Counted from the first letter of the stretch, positions 27,992 to 38,998 are shown. The stretch: 64,000 bases of DNA from an uncultured cyanobacterium (GCA_963719515.1 CAVRCJ010000010.1:64001-128000), one strand, 5' to 3'. Notes: a model not told the origin generated them from the letters alone. Translations and numbers: made by a program.

Positions 27992-30799
27992 CTAACCCTC
28001 TCCCACGATTTGCTGAAACCACTCGTCGCGGCGCAGGCGGGCAAAGGTATTGTCCGTGCGGGCTTCAGACTGATAGCGGCTCTCTAGCTCGATTGCCCGC
28101 TGCAGGTTCTCTAGCCCCAGATCGATTTCTCCCTGGTTCACGTAGGAAGCTGCCTTGCCGTAGTAAGCGGGGGCGTGGTCGGGCTGCAGCGCTAGCACCT
28201 GGTCCAGGCTAGCGATCGCCTCCTTGAACTGCCGCAGCGCCGCCTGGCTATTGCCCCGGTTCAGGTAAGCTTTGTAAGATTTTGGGTTCAGCTCTAGGGC
28301 ATGGTCAAAGGAGTCAACGGCGTCTTCATGGCGCTCTAGCTCCACTAAGGCCAGGCCCCGATTCAGCCAGGCTACCGCGTCTCCCGACTCAATTCCCACA
28401 GCCTTGTCGAACGACTCAAAGGCGTCCTCATGGCGCTGCAGAATTCCCAGGGCCACCCCCCGATTCACCCAGGCCTCGTGGTAGTCGGGCTTCAGCTCCA
28501 CCGCTTTATCAAAGGACTCCAGCGCCGTCTCCCGGTCCTTGAGGCGGTTGAGGACAATACCGCGATTTAGCCAGGCTTTGGGATCGTCCGGCTGCAGCTG
28601 CACCACCTCATCTAAAGCTGCTAAAGCGGCGTCGTACTGCTTCATCTCTTTGAGCGCCAGACCCCGGTAGTACCAGGGAACTGGATTTTTAGGAGCCAAA
28701 TCAATCGCCTGGTCGAAGTTGGCGATCGCCTCGTTAAACTCCTGTAGCTCGGCTAAGGCCAGCCCCCGCCGATACCACAGGTCTGCGTTTTTGGGCCGCA
28801 GCTCCAGCGCCTGATCGTAGGTGGCGATCGCCTCCCGGTAGCTGCCCTGTTCTGCCTGCTGGGCGGCCTGAATGACGTAGTCATCAATGGCCATAAACAG
28901 CTCAGGGTGGTTAGATTTCAGGGCATCCAGCAGCTGGGTCATCGAATCTAGCCGCTGCTGGGCTTCATCAATGAAGGTGCCGGCCACCACCTCGGGGGTC
29001 AGCTCAGACAGCCGCGTCAGAATGTCCTGCTTGCGGGCGTCAGCGTCTTGCTTAAGGTCGCCCAAGGCCTTGGACATGTCTCGCTCCAAGTCCCGCAGGT
29101 GCTGCAGGGTTTGATTACGGCCATCCATCGCCCCTGATTCCAGCTCGGCGAGCTTAGCGTCAAATCGCTTTTCAAGAGATTCAACGCTCTGACGCAGCCG
29201 GTCTTTTTGATTCTTAACGGCGGTTTTCATGTCGCCAAGCTGGTCGGAAATCTCACCGTCGGCCCGCTCTAGCGTAGAAAATACGGTCTCGCTGCGCCGC
29301 TTGACGTCGCCCTGAAGAGCATCCATCTCCTGGGAGAACTGAGCTTCTAAGGACTTCAAATGGGTCTGAATGCCGCCTTTGTGGGTCTCTGTCTCCGCTT
29401 CTAGCGTCGCTTTTTGGGCGTCAAATACCTCTGAGAGCTGGTCTAGGTAGTCCCGAATCGCGGCCTGCTGCGTCTCTGCCTCACTCTGGAGCGACTGCAG
29501 CTGCTGGGTAACGCGCTCTTCCAGCTGAGTTAGGGTCTGCTGGACCGCGCCCTGCTGCTCGGCTACGCTTCCCTGCATCTGGTCAAGCTGCTGAGTGAGC
29601 TCGTCCGACAGCCGGTGGACGTTCCTCCGCAGCTCGTCCCGCTCTTGGTCAGTGGTCGACCTCACGCTGGCAACGTCAGCTTCTAGCGCCCGCTGAAGCT
29701 GCTGCATTCGCTCGGTGGCCTGGGCGCGATCGCCCTTAGCGTCATTTTCGAGCTGAGACAGCTGCTCCCGGTAAGCCTGCTCAATTTGCCGGAACTCGTC
29801 AACCAGTCGGGTTTGCTGCTCTTGCACCAGCGATCGCACGCGGTTGATGTCCTGCTGGGCCTCATCCTGCACCCCCTGCAGCTGCTCGATTCCCGTACGC
29901 GCCTGCTCCTGCACCTGCTGCTGAGCTTCGGCGCGGAGGCTGTCAAGCTGTGGCGCAAGCTGCTGCTGGAGCGCTCGCAGTTCGCTGACAATTTGGTCTC
30001 GGTCAGAGGCCGCCCCGGCGGTGAGCTGCTGCAGCCGCTGTCGGGTATCGGTTCGGGCCTGGGTCAGATCCTGCAGCAGCTCTGTTTGCTGGCCGTCTAT
30101 ATCGTGGCGGCGCTGGTTGAGCTCTTCGTTAAATTGGCCGCCGGAGGCGTCCAAGGCCTCAATCACCGCCGCTTTTTTCTCCGTCAGGGTCTTCTGATAC
30201 TGGGGAATTGAATCTATAAAAGAGGCTTCCGCCGAGCTGAGCCGCTGCTGGGCTGACTCTAGGGAAGCGCTGAGGGTGTCAGTAGCCCGCTGCTGGATCT
30301 GCTTCAGCTCTTCTGAAAGCCGGGCTAGGCGCTGGTGTCGGTCTTCGACGGACGTTTCAAAGGCTTCGGCTTCTTTTCCAAGATCATCGGCAAAGACTTC
30401 AAACTCCTGCACAACGCTGCTCACCTCACGCTTGGCGCTGTCGATTTCCCCCCGCAGATCCCCCAGCTCTTTGAGGTGGCCCTGCACAATCTCCGTCACT
30501 TCCCGCAGCACCGATCGCCGCAGCAGCCATAGGGCCGCGATCGCCGCCACCAGCAGCAAACCCAGCACCCCCAGCATGACGTTGAATAGAGTAGTGGTGC
30601 GCTCCACCTGCTCTAGCCGCAGCTCTAGGAGCTCTTGGGCAGAGGTGTCGGATTGAGCTAGTAGGGTAGACGCAGAGAGCGGCATGACGCTGGCTTGAGC
30701 CGGAGCCGCGCTGACGCTTCCCATCACGAGGAAGGCGATCGCGAGCACCGTACTGCTGCGAGAAATCCAGGTCAAAAAGTTGAACGTTAAATGCGTCAT
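27992..30799 (-). CDS. Membrane-anchored long coiled-coil protein with C-terminal TPR repeats (start probably 30799)
   Basis: Signal-like hydrophobic segment, TM helix, ~570-aa Q/E-rich helical region, ~8 TPRs (AWLNRG..L..L..ED A..SFDKA). Confidence 0.85.
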   Translation of the reverse strand: MTHLTFNFLTWISRSSTVLAIAFLVMGSVSAAPAQASVMPLSASTLLAQSDTSAQELLELRLEQVERTTTLFNVMLGVLGLLLVAAIAALWLLRRSVLREVTEIVQGHLKELGDLRGEIDSAKREVSSVVQEFEVFADDLGKEAEAFETSVEDRHQRLARLSEELKQIQQRATDTLSASLESAQQRLSSAEASFIDSIPQYQKTLTEKKAAVIEALDASGGQFNEELNQRRHDIDGQQTELLQDLTQARTDTRQRLQQLTAGAASDRDQIVSELRALQQQLAPQLDSLRAEAQQQVQEQARTGIEQLQGVQDEAQQDINRVRSLVQEQQTRLVDEFRQIEQAYREQLSQLENDAKGDRAQATERMQQLQRALEADVASVRSTTDQERDELRRNVHRLSDELTQQLDQMQGSVAEQQGAVQQTLTQLEERVTQQLQSLQSEAETQQAAIRDYLDQLSEVFDAQKATLEAETETHKGGIQTHLKSLEAQFSQEMDALQGDVKRRSETVFSTLERADGEISDQLGDMKTAVKNQKDRLRQSVESLEKRFDAKLAELESGAMDGRNQTLQHLRDLERDMSKALGDLKQDADARKQDILTRLSELTPEVVAGTFIDEAQQRLDSMTQLLDALKSNHPELFMAIDDYVIQAAQQAEQGSYREAIATYDQALELRPKNADLWYRRGLALAELQEFNEAIANFDQAIDLAPKNPVPWYYRGLALKEMKQYDAALAALDEVVQLQPDDPKAWLNRGIVLNRLKDRETALESFDKAVELKPDYHEAWVNRGVALGILQRHEDAFESFDKAVGIESGDAVAWLNRGLALVELERHEDAVDSFDHALELNPKSYKAYLNRGNSQAALRQFKEAIASLDQVLALQPDHAPAYYGKAASYVNQGEIDLGLENLQRAIELESRYQSEARTDNTFARLRRDEWFQQIVGEG

Positions 30800-31304
30800 C
30801 GAAAATACCCCTACGAGCTGGGCGGTAAGCGTTGGAACAAAGTTGGGCCAGTCTGCCAAAAGACCATACCCCATATTCCCATATCGCAACTGTAGCTTAG
30901 GATCACCGTGGTCTGATGGGACTCTCCGCCGCCGCCTCCACAAGCTGACTCCCACTGACGGTGGGCCGGCGGGTCATGAAAGCTTTATAAGCCCGGCTAG
31001 CGATCGCCGAATCAGCAGCTTTTCAAGGTCTATGCCGAAATTTCATAGAGGCCGTCCTACGAAATGATCCCCCGTTTTCTCTCTGCAGAAGCCGCGATTA
31101 TACGCGATGAAAATTTCGCGATACCCTCTTTTATTTCTGGAAAACATCCTATAGGATGCCTGGTATATGGCCCCTTGTGGCGGCAAGAAATAGATCTAGC
31201 GCCGCGGTAGCGTCTCAGATGAGTCCGCTACCGCGGCGCTTTCAAAACTTGGTTGACAGTCTACATTTCACTCAAACAATTTTAGTTAAACGAAGGATTT
31301 ACCG

Positions 31305-31763
31305 ATGGGACTATCCGAAAGCTTTTCTCGACTCTGTCACTCTTACCTCAATCTAGCCGACCGCTTTCAGCAGCTCGACGTTGAGCATATGGCCCTCAAA
31401 AAACGCCTAGTGCCCCTGCTGCACAACTTCAAAGGTCAGCAAGAGGAGATCGATGGGCTGATGGCGCAAAATCAGGCCCTGTCGCAGCAGCTAGAGGCGA
31501 TGACCGTTAAATACGAGGCGGTGAAATCTCTGGAGAGCGTCATTGGCCCCGAGCTGCAGTCTTTGCTCAAAGAAGCCGAAGCGCAGGCCGATCTGGTGGA
31601 TGAGACCATTCTCGAGATGGACAGCGACAGCATGCCGGGGCTCACCCCCTACGACAAACAAATTCTAGATCAGTTCTTCAGCCACCCGGAGCAGTTCGCT
31701 CCGGCGGAGGGGAGCGATCGCAGCGGTCACTCTGTCCCTGTCGAAGCGGCTAAAGCATCCTAG
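31305..31763 (+). CDS. Coiled-coil hypothetical protein
   Basis: 152-aa ORF with heptad pattern and RBS-like AAGGA upstream. Confidence 0.65.
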   Translation: MGLSESFSRLCHSYLNLADRFQQLDVEHMALKKRLVPLLHNFKGQQEEIDGLMAQNQALSQQLEAMTVKYEAVKSLESVIGPELQSLLKEAEAQADLVDETILEMDSDSMPGLTPYDKQILDQFFSHPEQFAPAEGSDRSGHSVPVEAAKAS

Positions 31764-31769
31764 AATCCG

Positions 31770-32777
31770 CTAGACGTCACCTTCCCCCTCAAACAGGGTG
31801 TCCAGCGGCTCCGCCTCTAGGCCCAGCGCCTCCCGCAGGTAGCGCGCCAGCGTATCCGACTGGCCGTGGGTGACGTAGATCTTTTCCGCCTGGGTTTCTT
31901 TTACCGTCTGCACTAGCCCCGGCCAGTCGGCGTGGTCTGAGAGCACAAACCCCCGCTCATAACCCCGCCGCCGTCGCGCGCCCCGTACCGCCATCCACCC
32001 CGAGGCAAAGGCGGTCTGGGGCTGCTTGAAACGCTTCATCCAGCTAGAGCGGTGCCCCGAGGGGGGTGCCAAAATTAAGTCACCTTGGTAGCCGTGGGTT
32101 TTGGGCACCGCTGTGGTGGGGATCGTTTGCCCCAGGTCGATGCCCTGCTGCCGGTAAATCTCATTGAGGACGGCGATCGCCCCGTGGACGTATACAGGTC
32201 TATCGACCCCGGCGCGCTGGGTAATCTGGGCTAGCTCCGCCAGCACCCGCTGCGCCTTGCCAAAGGAATAGCAAAACAGCAGGGAGGGGCGCTCCGGGGC
32301 CTGCTGCCACCAGTCGTAAATTTGCTGGGCGATCGCCGCGCCGGACTGCCAGCGATAGATAGGCAAACCGAAGGTGGCCTCGGTAATGAAGGTGTGGCAG
32401 GGCACCGGCTCAAATAGAGTGCAGGTGGGATCGGCGTCTCGCTTGTAGTCTCCGGAGATCACCCACACTTCGCCGTCCACCTCCACGCGAATTTGCGCCG
32501 ACCCCAGCACGTGGCCCGCCGGATGAAACGAGACGGTGGCCTCCCCCAGCTGGATGCGATCGCCGTAGGTCATCCCCTGGAAAGCGATCTCCTGCCCCAG
32601 CCGCTTGCGCAAAATCCCTTCCGACTGGGACGTGGCCAGGTAGCGCTGCGCCCCGGTGCGGGCGTGGTCGGCATGGGCGTGGGTAATCAGCGCGCAGTCA
32701 ACGGCGCGCCAGGGATCGATGTAAAAATCTCCGGCGCTGCAGTAGAGCCCTTCGGGGCGAATCGAAATTACGGCCAT
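31770..32777 (-). CDS. Ligase-associated DNA damage response exonuclease (MBL/beta-CASP fold)
   Basis: IDPWR, ITHAHADH, AGHVLGS, SGDYK, ITEATFGLP, ASGWMAVRG, LSDHADW. Confidence 0.92.
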   Translation of the reverse strand: MAVISIRPEGLYCSAGDFYIDPWRAVDCALITHAHADHARTGAQRYLATSQSEGILRKRLGQEIAFQGMTYGDRIQLGEATVSFHPAGHVLGSAQIRVEVDGEVWVISGDYKRDADPTCTLFEPVPCHTFITEATFGLPIYRWQSGAAIAQQIYDWWQQAPERPSLLFCYSFGKAQRVLAELAQITQRAGVDRPVYVHGAIAVLNEIYRQQGIDLGQTIPTTAVPKTHGYQGDLILAPPSGHRSSWMKRFKQPQTAFASGWMAVRGARRRRGYERGFVLSDHADWPGLVQTVKETQAEKIYVTHGQSDTLARYLREALGLEAEPLDTLFEGEGDV

Positions 32778-32900
32778 GGGAATGGAATAATAAAGTGCAG
32801 CGCTGTGGGCCAATAGCAGGGTAACCTACACCCCATACACCCCGCTCTCTATCCATTGGCGAGGTTCAGCGCCTAACGTCCTGATCATATAGATAGGACT

Positions 32901-35897
32901 ATGGCCCTTGACCCGTCTACCCCGATTCACCAGCCCCGCATGATTCGACTCACCTCAAAATTCTCCCACCAGTGGCTCCGCTGGCTCAACCTCCGCCCCG
33001 AAGAAGCGCCCCGCACCCTGCTGATGCTGGCGTTCTACCTGTTTTCGTCCATAGGCATTCTGTGGTTTGAGTTCACGGCATCCGCGCTGTTTTTGGGAGA
33101 ATACAGCGCCAACGCCCTGCCCTGGGTCTACATCGCCAGCACCGTTATTGGCACTGGTCTAGGGGTGCTCTACTCTCAGCTGCAGCGGGTGCTGCCCCTG
33201 CGGCGGGTGATTACGGTAATCCCGCTGCTGATGGCGCTGCCCATTCTCTTCTTTTGGCTGGGGGTGAGGGGTGGGGTTGCATTCGGCTACAGCATATTTC
33301 TGATTCGGCTGTGGCTAGAGGCAATTCACACCCTCAACGAACTCAATACCTCCATCGCCGCTAACCAGCTGTTCAATATTCGCGAGATTAAGCGCACCTT
33401 CCCCATCGTCAGCAGCGGCATTTTGCTCGCCGACATTGTCAGCGGTTTCTCGATGCCGGTGCTGCGAAAGGTCATTGGCCTTGAAAACGTGCTGCTGGCG
33501 GCCTGCGTGCTGCTGCTGATTGGGGCGGCGATTTTGGCCTATATCAGCTCGGCCTATAAAGACTTCTTTCCCAACCTAGAGCGCCGCACAAGCGGCTCCT
33601 CATCCGCCCCCAGCGCCCAGCGCCTGCAGGGTCCCTTTCAAAAGTACGTGGTCTGGGTGGTGGTCTTTTTTGTCATGTCCCAAGTGCTGCTGCTGCTGGT
33701 GGACCTGCAGTATCTCAGCCAGCTGGAGCTGCGGCTCGGGGACCGGGAGGGCAGCATCGCCGACTTCATTGCCATATTTAGCGGCACCCTGGGCATTTTC
33801 GAGGTGATTACCCAGTGGTTCGCCTCCAGTCGGGCCATTGAGCGCCTAGGCATTTTTGTGGTGAGCGCCCTACTGCCGGTGTTGATCATCACCTGGAGCG
33901 GCCTCACCCTGATTGGCCTTGTCCCCGTTTTTGTGGGGGTGATTATCCTAAAATTTGCCGACGATCTGCTGCGCTACACGTTCATTGCCTCCACGGGACC
34001 CGTCATCTTTCAGCCGCTGCCCGCCCTCAGCCGCAACCACATCCAAGAGCAGGTGCGGGGACTCGCGGAGCCGATCGCCATCGGCCTGACCGGGGCGGGC
34101 ATTCTCGCCACAATTTGGCTGTGCCGGCTGCTGCTGCCCAACGCCTCTCCTAGCTTCGTCGCCGAGGTGCAGACGTTTGTATTCCTCGCTCAAATCATGG
34201 CTCTGGGTCTGGTGTGGCTGCTGGCGGTGTGGGTGCTGCGCGATCGCTACCTGGAGCTGCTAGTGCTGAGCGCCGAGCGTGGCCAGCTGGTGGCTACCCG
34301 CGATATGGATACCCGCACCTTTAAGCAGGCCATCATCGAAACCATCGAAAACCCGGCGGTGGAGGTGCATAAGCGGGCCGCCTGCATCGACCTGTTGGCC
34401 AACCTTGACCCCAGACAGGCGGGGGAAGTGCTGGCCCCGCGCCTGATCGAGCTGCCGGTGTCGCTGCAGCAGCAAAGTCTGGACGTCATGCTGCGCTATC
34501 CGCAGCTGGACTATATAGAGCATGTGCAGCAGCTGATCGCCCAAGTGCCGCTGCCGGAGGTGCTCACCGGGGCGCTGCGCTATATTGGCCTGATCGACAC
34601 CCACCCAGACATCAGCGCCCTGCAGCCTTACCTGCAGCCCACAACCGACCCCAGGGTGCGGGCAACGGCGGCGGCGCTGATGCTGCGTCGGGGAAATGCC
34701 CGCCAGCAGGCGGAGGCCACCGCCGCGCTGCGGCGCATGCTCACCGACCGGGAGGAGGAGCTAGAGCGGGTCAGCAGCTGCCGCGCCCTCAAAGATGCCC
34801 TTTACCTGCAGGCGCTGCGAATTCATATTCCCGGCCTGCTGCGCGATCGCTCTCTGCGGGTGCGGGCGGCCATTCTAGAAACTATTGCCTCGGTCAACCT
34901 GCAGGAGTACTATCCCTCCCTGGTAAAAGCCCTGGCCTACCCCTCCACCCGCAAGGCCGCCATGGGAGCCTTTGTGGAGCTGGGGGACGAGTCGGTGCCC
35001 CTGCTGGTGCGCATCGGCACCGACTCTTACCGGCCTAGCAACGTGCGGGCCAGCGCCTGGCGAATTTTGGGGCAAATTGGCAGCGCCACCGCCCTGCGAG
35101 AGATGGTGGAGCATGTGATGGTGGTTTGGGGAAAAGAGCGGCGGGGGGTGCTGCGATCGCTTCTACTGCTGTCCAAAGAAGACGGTATTGAGGCGGTGAA
35201 CGACTACCTAGGGCGGCGCGGCATCGAGCAGCTGATTGGGCAAGAGCTGTGCTTCATCGCCCAGATCTACGCCGCTGAGCTGGACATTAAGGCTCAGGAC
35301 TCTAGCTGGAAAGAGCACGGGGCGGCAGAGCTGCTGAAGCGATCGCTCCGGGATCAGCGCCTCGACGCCACCGGTCGCCTGTTCTTACTGATGCAGTTTC
35401 TCTACCCCGGCGACACCATCAGCGCCGCCGCCTTCAACCTCCAGTCTCAGTCTTCAGACAGCGTGGCCCGTGGACTGGAAATTTTGGATAACACTGTGGA
35501 CCTTTCGGTGAAGCAGGTTCTGCTCACCGTCCTCGACTCCCACCAGTCAACCTTAGAACAGGTGCAGGCGCTGTCGAGCCTAGTGGCCTACGAGCCCCTG
35601 CCCGCCAGCGATCGCCTCCGTCACCTGCTGGACCTGCGGCTGTTCCTCTCCGACTGGTCGGTGGCCTGCTGCTATCACTTGGCCAGCGACGCCCGCTGGA
35701 GCCTCAACCCCGACCAGGTGCTGTGGGGGGTGCGCCATCCGACGGGGTTTGTGCGCGAGGCGGTGCTCAAGTATTTGGAGGTGGCGTCGCCGGGGGCGCT
35801 GCGATCGCTGCTGCCCCAGCTACAAAACGACCCCGACCCCCTGGTCTCCCGGCAGGTGCATCAGCTCACCCAGCGGCTGTCCCGAGAGGTGGGCTAA
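32901..35897 (+). CDS. MFS/NTT-like membrane domain fused to HEAT repeats
   Basis: ~12 hydrophobic segments including NQLFNIREIKRTFPIVSSG, followed by HEAT-like repeats (DPRVRATAA, DRSLRVRAA, DPDPLV). Confidence 0.8.
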   Translation: MALDPSTPIHQPRMIRLTSKFSHQWLRWLNLRPEEAPRTLLMLAFYLFSSIGILWFEFTASALFLGEYSANALPWVYIASTVIGTGLGVLYSQLQRVLPLRRVITVIPLLMALPILFFWLGVRGGVAFGYSIFLIRLWLEAIHTLNELNTSIAANQLFNIREIKRTFPIVSSGILLADIVSGFSMPVLRKVIGLENVLLAACVLLLIGAAILAYISSAYKDFFPNLERRTSGSSSAPSAQRLQGPFQKYVVWVVVFFVMSQVLLLLVDLQYLSQLELRLGDREGSIADFIAIFSGTLGIFEVITQWFASSRAIERLGIFVVSALLPVLIITWSGLTLIGLVPVFVGVIILKFADDLLRYTFIASTGPVIFQPLPALSRNHIQEQVRGLAEPIAIGLTGAGILATIWLCRLLLPNASPSFVAEVQTFVFLAQIMALGLVWLLAVWVLRDRYLELLVLSAERGQLVATRDMDTRTFKQAIIETIENPAVEVHKRAACIDLLANLDPRQAGEVLAPRLIELPVSLQQQSLDVMLRYPQLDYIEHVQQLIAQVPLPEVLTGALRYIGLIDTHPDISALQPYLQPTTDPRVRATAAALMLRRGNARQQAEATAALRRMLTDREEELERVSSCRALKDALYLQALRIHIPGLLRDRSLRVRAAILETIASVNLQEYYPSLVKALAYPSTRKAAMGAFVELGDESVPLLVRIGTDSYRPSNVRASAWRILGQIGSATALREMVEHVMVVWGKERRGVLRSLLLLSKEDGIEAVNDYLGRRGIEQLIGQELCFIAQIYAAELDIKAQDSSWKEHGAAELLKRSLRDQRLDATGRLFLLMQFLYPGDTISAAAFNLQSQSSDSVARGLEILDNTVDLSVKQVLLTVLDSHQSTLEQVQALSSLVAYEPLPASDRLRHLLDLRLFLSDWSVACCYHLASDARWSLNPDQVLWGVRHPTGFVREAVLKYLEVASPGALRSLLPQLQNDPDPLVSRQVHQLTQRLSREVG

Positions 35898-35922
35898 GCA
35901 AGGCGGTAGCGATCGCCGCAGG

Positions 35923-37338
35923 TTACGCCGCTGTCAGGGGCAGCATCACCGAGAAGCAGGTGCGCCCCGGCTCCGACTCCACCATCAGGTTTCCGCCGTG
36001 GCGGTTTTCTATGACGCGGCGCACTACGTCAAGCCCCAGCCCAGAGCCTTTGCCCATGGGCTTGGTGGTAAAGAAGGGCTCTAGGATTCGGTTCTTGAGG
36101 TTTTGGGGAATGCCGGGTCCGTTGTCCTCCACCTCGACGCGGATGCAGTCTTCCTTGCGGCAGGTGCGAATGGTAATCGTGGGAGACTCATCGTCGGGCG
36201 TCCCGTCGTTGAGGGCGTCGATGGCGTTGTCGATGAGGTTGGTCCACACCTGGTTTAGCTCGCTGCCAAAGGCCATAATTTGAGGCAGCTCGGTGGTGTA
36301 GTGGCGCTTCACCGTGACGCCATGCTTGAGCTTGAAGGCAAATAGCCGCAGGGTGTCTTCGATGCCGGTGTGGATGTCGATTTCCTGCTGGGCGGCGCGG
36401 TCCATGTAGGAATAGGACTTCATGGACTGCACCAGGGTGGAAATGCGCTCGGCCCCGTCTAGCCCACTTTTAATCAGCCCCATGACGTCGAAGGAGAGCG
36501 CCAGCCACCGCAGCCCCATGTCCCGCAGCTCGGTGGGGTCATCCCGCCAGCGGTCCATCATGGCGTTGAGGCGCTTCGGGTCCACTTCCCCAGCGGCTAG
36601 GGGTTCGGCCAGCTGCCAGGCGTTCTCCACGCCGTAGTCTTCCAGCCAGTCGGTGAGGGCGTCTTCGCGATCGCTCTCGGCTAGGGGGTCGTTTTTAGGA
36701 TGGGCGATCGCCTCAAAGCCTTCATCCCGAATATCCAGCCACTGCTGGGTGTGGGCCTCATCCACCTGACGCTGGCCGTACACCATATTCATCCGCTGCA
36801 GCTCCAGGATGGCGGGCCTCATGTCCTTGAGGACGCGCACCAGAGCGGCGGCGGGGTTGTTGAGCTCATGGGCCAGCCCGGCGGTGAGGGTGCCCAACGC
36901 CGCCATCTTTTCGCGATTGCGAATGAAGGACTCCAGCCCCCGCAGGCGCAGACTGACGGTGCGGAAAATATCGCGCTCGAACTCGCGGCAGCTGTGGAGC
37001 ACCTCTAGAAAGTCGGGACAGTTGAGCCGGTAGAGATCGGTGGGGCAGTCGGCGATGAGGGTGACGGGCACCACGTCTTCGGTGAGCACCTGAATTTCCC
37101 CAAAAAAGGAGGGGCTCTCGTGGCGGCCCACGGGCATGTCTGCGCCGTTGCTGCGCCGGTAGACGGTGATCTGACCGCTGACCTGGATAAAGAAGCCGAG
37201 GGCAGGGTCCCCCTCACGCACCAGGACCTCGCCAGCATCCAGGTGGATAGGCTCGGTGCGATCGCAAATCCACTCTAGCCGCTCGGGGGGAAGCGTCTGA
37301 AAGGGCTTCATCTGTAGGAGAGAGTCTGAACAGAGCAT
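35923..37338 (-). CDS. cNMP-domain sensor histidine kinase
   Basis: N-terminal cNMP fold (LVREGDP, FFGEI), H-box GLAHELNNP, NQVWTNLIDNA, DNGPG, FFTTK, GSGLGL. Confidence 0.93.
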   Translation of the reverse strand: MLCSDSLLQMKPFQTLPPERLEWICDRTEPIHLDAGEVLVREGDPALGFFIQVSGQITVYRRSNGADMPVGRHESPSFFGEIQVLTEDVVPVTLIADCPTDLYRLNCPDFLEVLHSCREFERDIFRTVSLRLRGLESFIRNREKMAALGTLTAGLAHELNNPAAALVRVLKDMRPAILELQRMNMVYGQRQVDEAHTQQWLDIRDEGFEAIAHPKNDPLAESDREDALTDWLEDYGVENAWQLAEPLAAGEVDPKRLNAMMDRWRDDPTELRDMGLRWLALSFDVMGLIKSGLDGAERISTLVQSMKSYSYMDRAAQQEIDIHTGIEDTLRLFAFKLKHGVTVKRHYTTELPQIMAFGSELNQVWTNLIDNAIDALNDGTPDDESPTITIRTCRKEDCIRVEVEDNGPGIPQNLKNRILEPFFTTKPMGKGSGLGLDVVRRVIENRHGGNLMVESEPGRTCFSVMLPLTAA

Positions 37339-37348
37339 AGCGACCTCC

Positions 37349-38998
37349 TTAAACCTGCGCTAAATGGCGATGGACAAACTGCACGCATATTGACCCCTCC
37401 CCCACGCCAGAGGCCACCCGCTTCACCGAGCCGTGGCGCACGTCGCCCACGGCGAAAATGCCGGGGACGCCCGTCTCCAGCAAAAAGCGATCGCGCTTTA
37501 GGGGCCAGGGGGTTTTCTCGGGCAGGTCCGGTCCGGTGTAGATGAAGCCGCGTTGGTCCCGCTTCACCACGCCGCCCAGCCAGTCGGTTCTGGGGGACGC
37601 GCCGATGAAGATGAATAGGGAGCTGGTCTCAAAGGTCTTGACTTCGCCGGTTTGCGAATCCTCTACCCGCAGCTTTTCCAAGCGATCGCCCCCCAGGGCT
37701 TCCACAACGCTGTGGTGGGTGAGCACGTCGATGTTGTCGGTGCCGTCAATTTGCTCAATCAGGTATTGGGACATGCTCGTGGTCAGCGATGCCCCCCGCA
37801 CCAGCATCCGCACCCGGCTGGCGTATTTGGAAAAGTACATGGCCGCCTGCCCCGCTGAATTGGCCCCGCCGACCACGTACACCTCCTCGCCTTTGCAGGC
37901 CGCTGCCTCGGTCTGCGCCGCGCCGTAGTACACCCCCGCGCCGCTAAACTGCTCCACCCCCGGCATGTTTAGCCGCCGCCAGGCCACCCCCATCGCCAGA
38001 ATCAGGGCGTGGCAGCTCACCTCGCTGCGGTCCGACAGGGTGAGGGTGTGGTAGCCCCCTTCGCTGCGGATGGCGATCGCCTCTTGGGGGGTCAAAATCT
38101 CCACGCCGAAGCGCTTGGCCTGGGTGACGGCGCGCCGGGCTAGGTCGCCGCCGCTCAGACCGACGGGAAACCCGAGGTAGTTTTCAATCCGGGAGCTGGT
38201 GCCCGCCTGACCGCCGGGAGCCTCTCGCTCCACCATGACGGTGCCCAGCCCTTCTGACGCGCCGTACACCGCCGCCGCCAGCCCTGCCGGACCGCCCCCC
38301 ACAATGACCAAGTCGTAAAAGGGGTTGGCCGCTTCGGTCTGCATGCCCACATGCTGAGCTAGCTCGGTGGGGGTGGGCTTCACCAGCTTTTCGCCGCTGG
38401 GCAGCAGCACCAGCGGCAGACAGGCGTCCCCGGCTCCGGCGTAGCTCACCAGCTGCTGGGCCTCTGGGCTGTGCTCAATATCCAGCCAGCGGTAGGGCAC
38501 CTGGTTGCGGGCCAAAAAGTCGCGCAGCTCGTGGGAGGCGGGGGACCAGCGATCGCTCACCATTTTGATGCCCTGGAATTCGGGCTTGAAGGTGGCCTGC
38601 CAGTCGTTGAGCAGGTCGTTGAGCACAGGGTAGAGCTTTTCTTCGGGCGGGTCCCAGGGCTTGAGCAGGTAGTAGTCGAGCCGCGCTGTGTTGATGGCGG
38701 CGATCGCGGCGTCGGTGTCGGCGTAGGCGGTGAGCAGCGCCCGCTTGGCGTCCGGGAACACCTGGGTGGCCTGGTCTAAAAACTCTACCCCGCTCATCTC
38801 CGGCATCCGCTGGTCGGCCAAGAACAGGGCCACCGCAGCGCCCCGCAGCTTCAGCTGCTGCACGGCTTCTATGGCGGTAGCCCCTGAGTCGGCCCGCACG
38901 ATGCGGTAGCGATCGCCGTAGTAGGTGCGCAGGTCGCGGGCTATGGCCTGCAGGACTGCGGGATCATCATCGACGGTCAGTATGACTGGCTTTTCCAT
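37349..38998 (-). CDS. Receiver domain fused to a thioredoxin-reductase-like FAD oxidoreductase
   Basis: VDDD, ADQRMP, KPW receiver motifs; GGGPAG, GGQAG.SSRIENYLGFP, GGANSAGQAA, FAVGDVR. Confidence 0.92.
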   Translation of the reverse strand: MEKPVILTVDDDPAVLQAIARDLRTYYGDRYRIVRADSGATAIEAVQQLKLRGAAVALFLADQRMPEMSGVEFLDQATQVFPDAKRALLTAYADTDAAIAAINTARLDYYLLKPWDPPEEKLYPVLNDLLNDWQATFKPEFQGIKMVSDRWSPASHELRDFLARNQVPYRWLDIEHSPEAQQLVSYAGAGDACLPLVLLPSGEKLVKPTPTELAQHVGMQTEAANPFYDLVIVGGGPAGLAAAVYGASEGLGTVMVEREAPGGQAGTSSRIENYLGFPVGLSGGDLARRAVTQAKRFGVEILTPQEAIAIRSEGGYHTLTLSDRSEVSCHALILAMGVAWRRLNMPGVEQFSGAGVYYGAAQTEAAACKGEEVYVVGGANSAGQAAMYFSKYASRVRMLVRGASLTTSMSQYLIEQIDGTDNIDVLTHHSVVEALGGDRLEKLRVEDSQTGEVKTFETSSLFIFIGASPRTDWLGGVVKRDQRGFIYTGPDLPEKTPWPLKRDRFLLETGVPGIFAVGDVRHGSVKRVASGVGEGSICVQFVHRHLAQV

